From Eledone cirrhosa (Eukaryota), in NCBI GenBank assembly GCA_964016885.1, contig OZ024742.1:151094001-151158000 (forward strand): a DNA stretch of 64,000 nt. The letters run 5' to 3'. Positions 1 to 18,853 of the stretch are shown in pieces; position 1 is the first letter of the stretch; each line of letters begins with the position of its first letter. A program made the translations under genes and the position numbers. Under the pieces are notes generated by a model, which was not told the DNA's origin, made no database searches, and saw only the letters and a list, made by a program, of their open reading frames with translations.

Positions 1-2210
1 AATTTCTAGCCGTCCAAGGGGAGATAATTTCCAGCCAAGGGGAGATAATTTCCAGCCGTCCAAGGGGATAATTTTTTCAAAAATCAGAAGGAGATAATTT
101 GTAAAAAAAAATCAGGGGGAGATAATTTGTAAAAACAAAATCAAGGGCAGATAATTTCCAGCCGTCCAAGGGGAGATAATTTCCAGCCGTGCAAGGGGAG
201 ATAATTTCCAGCCGTCCAAGGGGAGATAATTTCCATCCTTCCAAGGGGAGATAATTTCCAGCCGTCCAAGGGGAGATAATATTAAAAAAAATCAGGCGGA
301 GATAATTTGTAAAAAAAATCAGGGGGAGATAATTTGTAAAAAAATCAGGGGGAGATAATTTGAAAAAAAAAATCAGGGGGAGATAATTTGTAAAAAAAAT
401 CAGGGGGTGATAATTTGTAAAAAAAAATCAGGGGTAGATAATATGTAAAATAAAATCAGGGGGAGATAATTTGTAAAAAAAAAATCAGGGGGAGATAATT
501 TGTAAAAAAAATCAAGGGGAGATAATTTTCAGCCGTCCAAGGAGAGGTAATTTCTAGCCGTCCAAGGGGAGATAATTTCCAGCCGTCCAAGGGGAGATAA
601 TTTCCAGCCGTCCAAGGGGAGATAATTTTTAAAAAAAAATCAGCCGGAGATAATTTGTAAAAAAAAAATCAGGGGGAGATAATTTGTAAAAAAAAATCAG
701 GGGGAGATAATTTGTAAAAAAAATCAAGGTGAGATAATTTCCAGCCGTCCAAGGGAAGATAATTTCCAGCCCTCCAAGGGGCTATAATTTCCAGCGTCCA
801 AGGGGAGATAATTTCCAGCCAGCGAAGGGGAGATAATTTTTTTGAAAAAATCACTGGGAGATTTGTAAAAAAAATCAGGGGGAGATAATTTGTAAAAAGA
901 ATCAAGGGGAGATAATTTCCAGCCGTCCAAAGAGAGATAATTTCTAGCCGTCCAAGGGGAGATAATTTCCAGCCAAGGGGAGATAATTTCCAGCCGTCCA
1001 AGGAGAGATAATTTTTTAAAATATCAGGTGGAGATAATTTGTAAAAAAATCAGGGGTAGATAATTTGTAAAAAAAAATCAAGGGGAGATAATTTCCAGCC
1101 GTCCAAGGGGAGATAATTTCCAGCCAGCGAAGGGGAGATAATTTTTTTTTTTAAATCATGGGTAGATTGGTAAAAAAAAATCAGGGGGAGATAATTTGTA
1201 AAAAAATCAAGGGGAGATAATTTCCAGCCGTCGAAGGAGAGATAATTTATAGCCGTCCAAGGGGAGATAATTTCCAGCAAGCCAAGGGAGATAATTTTTT
1301 TAAAAATTCAGGCGGAGATGATTTGTAAAAAAAATCAGGTTGAGATAATTTGTTAAAGAAAATCAGGGGGCGATAATTTCCAGCCGTCCAAGGGGAGATA
1401 ATTTCCAGCCGTCCAAGGGGAGATAATTTTTTTTTTTAAATCAGGGGAGATAATTTGTAAAAAAAATCAGGGGGAGATAATTTGTAAAAAAAATCAGGGG
1501 GAGATAATTTGTAAAATAATATCAGGGGGAGATAATTTCCAGCCAGCCAAGGGGAGATAATTTCCAGCCAGCCAAGGGGAGATAATTTGTAAAAAAAGTC
1601 AATGGGAGATAATTTCCAGCCGTCCAAGGGGAGATAATTTCCAGCCAGCCAAGGGGAGATAATTTCCAGCCAGCCAAGGGGAGATATTTGTAAAAAAAAA
1701 TCAGGGAGAGATAATTTGTAAAAAAAAAATCAGGGGTAGATAATTTGTAGAAGAAATCAAGGGGAGATAATTTCCAGCCGTCCAAGGGGAGATAATTTCC
1801 ATCCAGCCAAGGGGAGATAATTTTTTTTTAAAAATCAGGCGGAGATAATTTGTAAAAAAAAATCAGGGTGAGATAATTAGTAAAAAAAATCAAGGGGAGA
1901 TAATTTCCAGCCGTCCAAGGGGAGATAATTTCCAGCCCTACAAGCGGCTATAATTTCCAGCCGTCCAAAGGAAGATAATTTCCATCCAGCCAAGGGGAGA
2001 TAATTTTTTTTAAAAAATCAGGCGGAGATAATTTGTAAAAAAAAATCAGGGTGAGATAATTAGTAAAAAAAATCAAGGGGAGATAATTTCCAGCCGTCCA
2101 AGGGAAGATAATTTCCAGCCCTACAAGCGGCTATAATTTCCAGCCGTCCAAAGGAAGATAATTTCCAGCCAGCGAAGGGGAGATAATTTTTTTTTAAATT
2201 AGGGGGAGAT
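1..2210. repeat. Complex minisatellite, ~25-30 bp units with core GGGGAGATAATTT
   Basis: Core followed by either CCAGCCGTCCAA or GTAAAAAAAATCA in mixed runs; a ~120-bp higher-order repeat is visible at 1860-2160; runs off the window start. Confidence 0.95.
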
Positions 2211-2215
2211 TTACA

Positions 2216-2482
2216 TTGCAGTGTTTACATTTTCGATCTTTGTTAATAAATAACCAGTGCAGTTTTTATCCCCAGCATCCTCTTTTGTTATAACATTCGG
2301 GTTATCGTTATGTTTTCTTAACTTCATAAGGCATATTGTTGGTTGAGGGAATATTAATCAAAAACACCACATGCAAGTCTGCACAGTAGACACTGCAGTT
2401 TTTAAGCCAAAAAAGAAACTTAACATTGTAACTTTAACACAGCTACTGAGCGACCCCGAGCAACGCCGGGCTTTACTGCTAG
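2216..2482 (+). mobile_element. 3' portion of non-autonomous Helitron (duplicate of 11774-12040)
   Basis: Matches 11774-12040; ends with hairpin CCCGAGCAACGCCGGG then CTAG followed by T. Confidence 0.8.
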
Positions 2483-2590
2483 TTATCAATAAATATATTT
2501 CATTATTTCTGAAGACGGCATATGTATGTATATATACATATATATATATGTATATATATATATGTATATATATATATATGTATATATATA

Positions 2591-3257
2591 TTACTCTTTT
2601 ACTCTTTTACCTGTTTCAGCCATCCGACTGAGGCCATGCTGGGGCACCGCCCTTGTTGCTACACATTTTATCTCCAGCCTGTATAGGTTGGCCACTGGTG
2701 TAGGAGGGAGTTTGTTGCTGCTGCCCTTAGGTTTCCCTCGTGTCTTGCTGTGGGCTCATCCGGGATCCTGGATAACAAGGTGTCGAGATGTTTCTTAAAG
2801 ACATCCACCTCCACGTCATGCAAGTCTCGCAGATGCCTCGGCAGCCTGTTGAATAGTTGAGGGCCCTTGAATCCCAGGCTATTGCAATACCTGCTCCTTA
2901 TTCTAGATGTGGAAGACGGGACCTTTGGCACCACACAGTGACGTCCTGTTCGACGGTTGGTCCAGCTCCCAATGCCTAAGTTTGGTGCTAGTCCCTCCAG
3001 GATTTTCCACATGTAGATCACTGCGTATCTCTCCCGTCTTCGCTCCAAGGAGTAGAGGTTCAGTTCCTTTAGCCTCTCCCAGTAGCTTGTCTCCCTCATC
3101 TTGGCAATCCTCTTGGTGTAGCTTCGCTGGATTGCCTCAAGCTCCGTGGTTAGTTTGACACTATGGGGTGACCACAGCTGGGAGCAGTAGTCCAGGCAGC
3201 TTAGGACAAAAGTCCTCCACAGTGTCAACATGGTGTCTCGATCTCTTGTAAGGAAAG
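2591..3257 (-). mobile_element. CR1-group LINE family A, 3' fragment
   Basis: ORF 2668-3231 has [10 protein letters not shown] and LERRRERY motifs of CR1-type ORF2 C-termini; short 3' UTR ending in (GTAAAAGA)2; both ends in (TA)n. Confidence 0.85.
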
Positions 3258-3555
<298 letters not shown>

Positions 3556-3759
3556 ATATATGTAGATAAATCTACCAAGAGTTTACGGTAGTGTCCAATC
3601 CGTATAAAGAACTCAATATAATCCGGATATCATGGAAAGAAGAGATGCATTCAAAAATCACTTTCGGTGAAAGATAAACGGAATACAGAGTCAAGATAAA
3701 ATATTAAAAAAATAATGAATAAAACAATGAAACAGTTCCTTATATTAAACAAAAAATGT

Positions 3760-3910
3760 TCATTATTTAACGATCGTTTCTAGGACATATATATGTTAGA
3801 ATTGGTATGCATATTCAACAGATCTATGTACAAAATTATACAAAATTATACAAATTATCAAATATAATATACATACCAACACATACATATGCCGTCTTCA
3901 GAAATAATGA
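3760..3910 (-). ncRNA. Type-I hammerhead ribozyme of N1 with expanded helix II
   Basis: Minus strand: TCATTATTT-CTGAAGA-[~110-nt stem-loop]-GAAA-CGATCG-TT-AAATAATGA; 9-bp helix I, palindromic helix III. Confidence 0.8.
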
Positions 3911-4582
3911 AATATATTTATTGATAATAACAGCAATTCAAAATTACAGGTCTGTTTGGGAACAGAGTTCAAATTGACCAATGAAATACACAAAAATATA
4001 TCAAGAAAATACAGTTAGGTGTGTGTATATATGTAAATAACTTCGTTCACAGATATGCATAAAAATATATGTTCACATGCATACGCATGTCGAAAGAATG
4101 TATGTAAATACAAAAATTCAGGGCTAATGTCTCTGTATGTTTATAATCTACAGATAAAATACACATACGCATATAAACATATATAGATTCATATATACAC
4201 ACATATATATACACACATTCACACACACACGCGCATATACACATAAACATACATATACCCACGAACATACACACACACACTCACACACACATACACACAC
4301 ACATATATGTATATATTAATATTATAACTATATGGATATTTAGGCACACACATAAACACTGCCACATATATTTTTACATCCAAATGCAGAAGTGGGTAAG
4401 GGGTTCAGTAATTACTATGGGTGTCAGCGAAACTGCCTATTTATAAAATGTATCTATAAATTTAGAAATAAAAAAGAAATATATTAAAAAAAATATATAT
4501 AAACAAGTAAAATATACTCATACATAAAATACATACCGATATACATATACATATATATACACATACACATATACACACACAT

Positions 4583-4646
<64 letters not shown>

Positions 4647-5051
4647 ATACATACACATATACATACACACATAAATACATAGATACACATACACATACAT
4701 ATATAAATACATAGACACACATACAAACACATATATATATATACATATATTCACAACTCACATACATATATACACATATATGTACACACTCATACACACA
4801 CATATATATATACACATATATACATACAGACACATATATATATACACACATATATACACACATATATACATATATATACATACACACACATATATACATA
4901 TATATATATATACACACACACAACACACACATACATGTACGTATATATACACACACATACACATATCCATGTATGTATATACACATACAACCACACGCTC
5001 ACACAACTCAGACATACATAAATAAAGAGATATACATACATACATATACAC

Positions 5052-5131
<80 letters not shown>

Positions 5132-5189
5132 ACATAGATATATATACACAACCACACACACACACATATATCCATACACTCATATATAC

Positions 5190-5270
<81 letters not shown>

Positions 5271-6200
5271 CATACACACATACACATAAATATATATAAA
5301 AAAAAAAAAAATAAATAAATAAATAAATACACAGTCAGACAATTATGTACACATATATATATATACACACATACATATACACACATCTCTACAAATATAT
5401 ATACACACATATACACACACACGCATACATATATATATACACACATACTTATATATAGAGACATACATATACATACATATATATACATACATATACATAT
5501 ATATACATACATACATATATATATATATATACACATATATATATATATATACAATCATAGACACTTATTTACATGCGCACATATGTATTTTTATACTCAC
5601 ATATAAACACCCAAACATACATACCTACTTACATACACATACATTCATCCACGCTTACAAATATAAATAATTATAGGGGGCGGGGAAAGGGGATTAAAAT
5701 TATTAGTGGGAAAAAGTAAATATAGGTTTCATGGAACATAGAATATTAATCTGCATTTAGATCATAATATATGTTTACATAGTAGTTTCAGTATTAGGAA
5801 ATGTAAGAAAGAAGGCAAAATTATGCATTTTAATATAAGTAGACTATTAATTAAAGGTTAACTAAAATAAAATGAGTTAATATATTGATTTCTAAGGTGT
5901 ATACTACTTAGGTTTATAATATTTGAAGCGGAATTTTGAAGTTAAACAGTAGTAGAATATTAATTATATCATAACTAAATTAAAATATTAACATTATGGT
6001 ATCAATATTAGGAAATGAATTTAGTAATAGGGAAAACCAAATCAAGTATTTCATCGGTAGTAGAATATAAATTATAGGTTAACTAAATTAAAGAATTATA
6101 TATTAATTTCTATAGTATATGTTAATTAGGTTTATAATAATTAAAGCAGATTTTGTATTTTATCTATAGTAGAATAAATTATAGGTTAACAAAAATTAAA

Positions 6201-6243
<43 letters not shown>

Positions 6244-6714
6244 TTTAATTGTAAAGAATATATAAATTAGGTATATATTTAAAAGTTTATCTCAGTTTAT
6301 GATTACATGATATTCTGCAATCCATCTGTATTGGAATTTTAATTTTAAGCTAATTAAATTAAAATTATAGGTTAACTAAATTAAAATTAATTTATAAATA
6401 AGTTTCTAAATTGTACATTAATTAGGTTTATAATATTAAAAAATATTTCTCTGTTATTGATTACACGATATTTTGTTATATTTCATCTATAAAGGAATTT
6501 TAATAAAAGGTTAAATAAACTAAAATTAATCTATAAATTAATTTACAAAGTATATATTAATTATGTTAATAATATTTAAAAGTTTTTCACTATTTATGAT
6601 TACACAATATTTTTTATCTCATCTGTATTAGAAATTTAATTAAATTAAATTTATAGGTTATCTACATTTAAATTAAATTATATATTAATTTCTAAATTTC
6701 TAAAATATATATTA

Positions 6715-8780
6715 TTATTTAGGTTTATAATATTTAAATGTTTTTCTCAGTTTATGATTACACGATATAATTAATTCCTGTCGCTTATTTAATAGGATAT
6801 CCTTAGATTTCATTATTTCAAATAGTTCTTGGGAACATAATCTACATTCATTTCTATTATTTTGATAAGGGGTGGCTCTTTTGAGCACACTCCAGGTCAT
6901 ATCATATTCTATATTCTTATTTCTATAACTATTAATTTTTTCTGCTAGAGATGTTGTATTAGCCAGTGCGGCATTTTTAAAACTATGTTTGTGGGTATTA
7001 AACCTTACCTTAAAATTGTTAGAAGTAGCTCCTATATATGAGCAAATAGAATCTTTAGTTTTAACTTTACATTTATAAACTATGTTGTTAACAAGACAAT
7101 TTCCTTTTAATGGGCAGTTTGCTTTGTTTCTACAGTTACAACCTTTCGTTAATTCTGTATTTGAGGAGATATTATGGTTAGTTTGATGTATTGGTGGTAT
7201 ACTTATGGTTTTTTTACATTTATATGCATTATAGGCACTTATATTTTGTTTTATGTTTTTGGTTGTTGAGTATGAGAATTTAACTGTTGACCTATTTAAG
7301 ATTTGATGGTATTTGTGGTTTGGCGGGAAGTTTTTCTCTAGGATATAAAAAATTTTTTTTGCAATATTATCCTTAATTTGTAAATTAAATGGAGCATTAT
7401 ACCAAGTAACTCGTCTATTACGGTTTCTATGTTGTTTATTATTTTTATAGGTTGTATCGTGATGTTTACTACGCACATTTTTAGTTAGATTTATTGATTT
7501 AGGTGTTTTATCATGTTTATTAGGAGTTTTATTGTTAACATTTATTAGAGTTGTATGATGAGTAGTTTTTTGAGAGTTACTATACTTTATATTAGAGGAG
7601 TTGTTGGTATTTTGGGGTATAGTGTGGGTGGCATTTAGGTGTGTACTTTTCATTTGGTGTTTGTTGGTAATATTAGGTTGTATGTTTATAGTATTTTTAG
7701 TAGAAGGTATATATTCTAATCTATTTTTGTGGCCACTTCTATCTAGAGCTTCGTTATAGAAGGTCGCATTTTTATCAAATACATCTTGGTTAGATGAAAG
7801 GTTAGAAATTCTAAGTGATATATTATATGCAAGGTTTTGAAGGATAGATTTAGGGTGATTAGATTGTGAGTGTATGTAGTGTAAGTTTTGGTTGGGTTTA
7901 TGGTAAGGTTGGTAGATACACGTAGCTAAGTCTAAAGTTATATCTAGGAAATTAACTACTTTACTTGTGTTTTCAAAAGTAATATGAAGACTATAATAGT
8001 CTTTAAGGAAAGTTCTAATAAGCTTTTTGTTTTTTTCTATTTATGAGAGGCTAAGGTTGTTGGAAAGAAGAAGACAGTCATCACGATATAAACCACCTTT
8101 AAGGTGGGGAAAGGAAGCATTTATGTTGAAAAGAAGAAAGAGGCCCACAAGATCAGTAATTTGGGCAGAATCGCTTGAACCCATAGTAATATCAAATAGA
8201 TTACTATATGTGTTTCTGGTCCAATATTCATTCTGAAATTCAATAAGTGTTAGTCTAGCATGTGTAATAATATTAATGTCATCCAAAGTTAAGTTAGATC
8301 TATTTTTAGCAAATATCAAAGCTTTGTTCAGGAGTATAGGTGATATAGAAGAATAGTAATTATCTATATCAAATTGTAGAAATGAAGCAGAAGATTTACA
8401 TCTAATATTTTTAAACCAGTTAATTACCTGGGAAGTGTTTTCCCAGAGTGGTAAATTAACATGTTTTCTTATTTGTGGGATGACTCTATCCAAAATTTTT
8501 TTGCTAATTATTCCAATATCAGATTTGGAGGGACATATAAGTCTTATAGAAGGATTTGAGTTAAAGTTTGACTTATGATCCTTCAGGTTAAAGTGTGGTC
8601 TTTTCAATGCCAAAGGTTCAGTTCTATCTTCAATGTTTAGTTTTTTTACTATGTTGTGTGTTTTGTTGTTGATATTGGTGAGTGACGCATTATTAGATTT
8701 TTTATAGTTTTTCCTGAGTTCTTTATATATGAACTCATTATAATCTTCAATATCCATGTGATACAAGTTTCCTGTTTTAT
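6715..8780 (-). pseudogene. N1 RT/GIY-YIG reading frame, one nonsense codon
   Basis: ORFs 8041-8766 and 6715-7653 are in the same frame; after the TAA at 8041-8043 the frame reads on (VVNFLDITLDL..PYHKPN..YIHSQSNHP); truncated at the (D)KTGNLY motif. Confidence 0.9.
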
Positions 8781-9039
8781 TAAAATTCCTTTATAGATGA
8801 AATATAACAAAATATCGTGTAATCAATAACAGAGAAATATTTTTTAATATTATAAACCTAATTAATGTACAATTTAGAAACTTATTTATAAATTAATTTT
8901 AATTTAGTTAACCTATAATTTTAATTTAATTAGCTTAAAATTAAAATTCCAATACAGATGGATTGCAGAATATCATGTAATCATAAATTGAGATAAATTT
9001 TTAAATATATACCTAATTAATATATTCTTTACAATAAAA

Positions 9040-9079
<40 letters not shown>

Positions 9080-10007
9080 TTTAATTTTTGTTAACCTATA
9101 ATTTATTCTACTATAGATAAAATACAAAAGTCTGCTTTAATTATTATAAACCTAATTAACATATACTATAGAAATTAATATATAATTCTTTAATTTAGTT
9201 AACCTATAATTTATATTCTACTACCGATGAAATACTTGATTTGGTTTTCCCTATTACTAAATTCATTTCCTAATATTGATACCATAATGTTAATATTTTA
9301 ATTTAGTTATGATATAATTAATATTCTACTACTGTTTAACTTCAAAATTCCGCTTCAAATATTATAAACCTAAGTAGTATACACCTTAGAAATCAATATA
9401 TTAACTCATTTTATTTTAGTTAACCTTTAATTAATAGTCTACTTATATTAAAATGCATAATTTTGCCTTCTTTCTTACATTTCCTAATACTGAAACTACT
9501 ATGTAAACATATATTATGATCTAAATGCAGATTAATATTCGATGTTCCATGAAACCTATATTTACTTTTTCCCACTAATAATTTTAATCCCCTTTCCCCG
9601 CCCCCCTATAATTATTTATATTTGTAAGCGTGGATGAATGTATGTGTATGTAAGTAGGTATGTATGTTTGGGTGTTTATATGTGAGTATAAAAATACATA
9701 TGTGCGCATGTAAATAAGTGTCTATGATTGTATATATATATATATATGTGTATATATATATATGTATGTATGTATGTATATATATGTATATGTATGTATA
9801 TATATGTATGTATATGTATGTCTCTAGATATAAGTATGTGTGTATATAAATATGTATGCGTGTGTGTGTATATGTGTGTATATATATTTGTAGAGATGTG
9901 TGTATATGTATGTGTGTATATATATATATGTGTGCATAATTGTCTGACTGTGTATTTATTTATTTATTTATTTATTTATTTTTTTATATATATTTATGTG
10001 TATGTGT

Positions 10008-10073
<66 letters not shown>

Positions 10074-10122
10074 GAGTGTATGGATATATGTGTGTGTGTG
10101 GTTGTGTATATATATCTATGTG

Positions 10123-10177
<55 letters not shown>

Positions 10178-10593
10178 GTGTATATGTATGTATGTATATC
10201 TCTTTATTTATGTATGTCTGAGTTGTGTGAGCGTGTGGTTGCATGTGTATATACATACATGGATATGTGTATGTGTGTGTATATATACGTATATGTATGT
10301 GTGTGTGTGTGTGTTGTGTGTGTGTATATATATATATATGTATATATGTGTGTGTATGTATATATATATGTATATATGTGTGTATATATGTGTGTATATA
10401 TATGTGTCTGTATGTATATATGTGTATATATATATGTGTGTGTATGAGTGTGTACATATATGTGTATATATGTATGTGAGTTGTGAATATATGTATATAT
10501 ATATATGTGTGTTTGTATGTGTGTCTATGTATTTATATATGTATGTGTATGTGTATCTATGTATGTATGTGTGTATGTATATGTGTATGTATG

Positions 10594-10634
<41 letters not shown>

Positions 10635-12085
10635 ATATGTGTATGTGTATATATATGTATATGTATATCGGTATGTATTTTATGTATGAGTATATTTTAC
10701 TTGTTTATATATATTTTTTTAAATATATTTCTCTTTTATTTCTAAATTTATAGATACATTTTATAAATAGGCAGTTTCCCTGACACCCATAGTAATTACT
10801 GAACCCCTTACCCACTTCTGCATTTGGATGTAAAAATATATGTGGCAGTGTTTATGTGTGTGCCTAAATATCCATATAGTTATAATATTAATATATACAT
10901 ATATGTGTGTGTGTATGTGTGTGTGAGTGTGTGTGTGTATGTATGTTTATGTGTATATGCGCGTGTGTGTGTGAATGTGTGTATATATATGTGTGTATAT
11001 ATGAATCTATATATGTTTATATGCGTATGTGTATTTTATCTGTAGATTATAAACATACAGAGACATTAGCCCTGAATTTTTGTATTTACATACATTTTTT
11101 CGACATGCGTATGCATGTGAACATATATTTTTATGCATATCTGTGAACGAAGTTATTTACATATATACACACACCTAACTGTATTTTCTTGATATATTTT
11201 TGTGTATTTCATTGGTCAATTTGAACTCTGTTCCCAAACAGACCTGTAATTTTGAATTGTTATCTATATATATAAAACTGTGGTTGTCTGTCTGTCTATC
11301 GATTTTTGGCACACATCTCCTCTTAGAATCTCTCACGGAATTGCACCGAAATTGCTATACTTGTACATTGAGCCCTAGCGAAGACATCGGAAAAAAAATT
11401 TCAAATTGACCCACCCTATGTGACGAAATCGAATATAATGTATCGATTTTTGAGCGTAAGTTATCAGTTATTTCCCTTTGTTCTGTTTACATTGAGCGCC
11501 TTACGTAAAAAATTACGCTGGCTTTCTCAGCGTTTAAAATGACATTAACACAATACACGAACAGATCAGTTCGAACACTAAGCTTCCGTTTTGCTTCATT
11601 TCCATTTAAAAGCATTTTAAAACAATATTTTTACTTGAAAACAAGTCTATTTAAAGACTACGTAAAACAAGCAAATATTTCAGGCGTGCAGACAGACAGT
11701 CGTGCAGAGAGGTGATATAGGCGTGCAGACAGACATAACTGATAATTTGGTTACGCTAATGTTTTTCTCTGCGTTGCAGTGTTTACATTTTCGATCTTTG
11801 TTAATAAATAACCAGTGCAGTTTTTATCCCCAGCATCCTCTTTTGTTATAACATTCGGGTTATCGTTATGTTTTCTTAACTTCATAAGGCATATTGTTGG
11901 TTGAGGGAATATTAATCAAAAACACCACATGCAAGTCTGCACAGTAGACACTGCAGTTTTTAAGCCAAAAAAGAAACTTAACATTGTAACTTTAACACAG
12001 CTACTGAGCGACCCCGAGCAACGCCGGGCTTTACTGCTAGTTATCAATAAATATATTTCATTATTTCTGAAGACGGCATATGTAT
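8775..12085 (+). mobile_element. Inverted arm of N1 (reverse complement of ~3885-6508), interrupted by a Helitron
   Basis: Reverse-complement match including internal microsatellites; TTTTAT microhomology at junction 8775-8780; resumes after 12040 and ends just after CTGAAGA. Confidence 0.9.
11263..12040 (+). mobile_element. Non-autonomous Helitron, 778 bp
   Basis: 5' TCTATATATATAAAA plus (GTCT)n; 3' hairpin plus CTAG; inserted between A and T without TSD; empty site present in the other N1 arm near 3928. Confidence 0.9.
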
Positions 12086-12148
12086 GTATATATACATATA
12101 TATATATGTATATATATATATGTATATATATATATATGTATATATATA

Positions 12149-13157
12149 TTACTCTTTTACTCTTTTACCTGTTTCAGCCATCCGGCTGAGGCCATGCTGG
12201 GGCACCGCCCTTGTTGCTACACATTTTATCTCCAGCCTGTATAGGTTGGCCACTGGTGTAGGAGGGAGTTTGTTGCTGCTGCCCTTAGGTTTCCCTCGTG
12301 TCTTGCTGTGGGCTCATCCGGGATCCTGGATAACAAGGTGTCGAGATGTCTCTTAAAGACATCCACCTCCACGTCATGCAAGTCTCGCAGATGCCTCGGC
12401 AGCCTGTTGAAGAGTTGAGGGCCCTTGAATCCCAGGCTATTGCAATACCTGCTCCTTATTCTAGATGTGGAAGACGGGAACTTTGGCACCACACAGTGAC
12501 GTCCTGTTCGACGGTTGGTCCAGCTCCCAATGCCAAAGTTTGGTGCTAGTCCCTCCAGGATTTTCCACATGTAGATCACTGCGTATCTCTCCCGTCTTCG
12601 CTCCAAGGAGTAGAGGTTCAGTTCCTTCAGCCTCTCCCAGTAGCTTGTCTCCCTCCTCTTGGCAATCCTCTTGGTGTAGCTTCGCTGGATTGCCTCAAGC
12701 TCCGTGGTTAGTTTGACACTATGGGGTGACCACAGCTGGGAGCAGTAGTCCATGCGGCTTAGGACAAAAGTCCTCCACAGTGTCAACATGGTGTCTCGAT
12801 CTCTTGTAAGGAAAGTCCTCAAGATCCAGCCAGCGAATCGTCTACATGCTGTCGCCACCTTCATGATGTGTGAAGAAAAAGATGCATCATCGCTCATGTC
12901 TATGCCAAGGTCTCGTATCGATTTTGACACGGGGATATCGGTCCCTCCTGGTACTGTGTAGCTGTGTTCCGCTATATTTGTGTTTGTGTTTGCAGGTTTG
13001 TATTGTAGGGCTTGGAATTTGCCAGCATTAAACTGCATGTTGTTTTCTTCCGCCCATCTGTATATGGCATCCAGATCCTGCTGTAAGAGGGCAGCGTAAG
13101 CCGGGTTTTTGATTGCCTGTGCTACCTTGGTGTCATCAGCATAGCTAGTGAGGGATG
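12149..13157 (-). mobile_element. CR1-group LINE family A, 5'-truncated
   Basis: ORF 12226-13038 plus upstream SYADDTK; (GTAAAAGA)2 tail; (TA)n at both ends. Confidence 0.88.
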
Positions 13158-13928
<771 letters not shown>

Positions 13929-14326
13929 TTCAGGTTTGAGGTTCACCACTGTATAGAGCTGGTCTATTCCGTATGGTCAATCGTAATGCAATAATATAGA
14001 GAGTACTCAACGTAAAGCAGTTCAACCGTCTTTGTTTTTGTAGTTGGTGGTGCTATTACGGAGTTAAATATTATAATGAAATGACATGAGGCTGGATTTG
14101 AAAGTCTGTACGACCGGCTGAGGTTGAAGGAACAGAATAGCGTTCGCCCTCGGGTCCTCGATTTTCAGCCCCATGGATTTTATCTATTACATTCACGTAT
14201 TATATTTCGAATACCTGATGATATCACCGGATTCATACGGAACCCGGTCATTGAAATGATCATAGTGTAATAAACCTTTCAAGGATTTACACAAATCCAG
14301 CCTCCTGTCATTTCATTATAATATTA
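13929..14326. mobile_element. Fold-back PLE-like micro-insertion (family F6)
   Basis: Inverted repeat 14067-14100 / 14292-14325; right arm carries an HHR; both ends in (TA)n. Confidence 0.7.
14211..14268 (+). ncRNA. Type-I hammerhead ribozyme
   Basis: ATAC-CTGATGA-[ACCGGATTC..GAACCCGGT stem]-GAAA-TGATCA-TA-GTGT. Confidence 0.75.
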
Positions 14327-17596
<3,270 letters not shown>

Positions 17597-17597
17597 G

Positions 17598-17859
17598 ACA
17601 GTATATCTCCTCTCAATTATAAAAGCTATCTCTTTCTCTCTATCACCCATCTATCACCCATCTATCACCCATCTATCACCCATCTCTCCCTCTCATCTCC
17701 TCCCTCTCATCTCCTCGTTTCTAGGACATATATGTGTTAGAATTGGCATGCATTTTCAAAAGATCTATGTACAAAATTATACAAACTATCAAAGAGAATA
17801 TACATACCAACACATATGGATTGGACACTACCGTAAACTTTTGGTAGATTTATCTACAT
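17598..17859. other. Mosaic of F5 and N1 PLE fragments
   Basis: 17598-17715 resembles F5 19346-19422; 17716-17817 resembles N1 3775-3884; 17818-17859 is the reverse complement of the N1 terminus 3561-3602. Confidence 0.75.
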
Positions 17860-17862
17860 ATG

Positions 17863-18075
<213 letters not shown>

Positions 18076-18116
18076 GTATATATATATGTATATATGTATA
18101 TATATATATATATATG

Positions 18117-18380
<264 letters not shown>

Positions 18381-18381
18381 G

Positions 18382-18414
<33 letters not shown>

Positions 18415-18489
18415 GTATATATATATATATGTATATATGTATATATGTATATATGTATATATATATGTATATATATATATATGTATATA

Positions 18490-18536
<47 letters not shown>

Positions 18537-18537
18537 G

Positions 18538-18582
<45 letters not shown>

Positions 18583-18853
18583 GTATATATATATGTATAT
18601 ATATATGTATATATATATGTATATATATATATGTATATATATATGTTTTATATATATGTATATATATATGTATATATATATATGTATATATATATATTTA
18701 TATATATATATATATATGTATATATATGTAGGAGGTGAGTTTTATTGTAGTACAATAAAGCAATGCAGATATCGGATAAGAAGCACTCTACAGTTTGTAG
18801 GACTGTAGTATACATAATATAAGATCAAAAGATGGTTAAAGTAGTTCCATGTA

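Larger units (their letters stand above)
3561..8780 (-). mobile_element. Naiad-type Penelope-like element N1, 5'-truncated, ~3.1-kb 3' UTR
   Basis: RT (LQFDI..YY, ITMGS, GGLYRDD), CNC..CPL.G.C knuckle, GIY-YIG-type domain (IVYKC..YIGAT..R..H); HHR near the 3' end; terminus abuts (TA)n. Confidence 0.9.

Noticed and set aside
669-1785. ORFs within the initial satellite
   Set aside because: Repetitive translations of the minisatellite.
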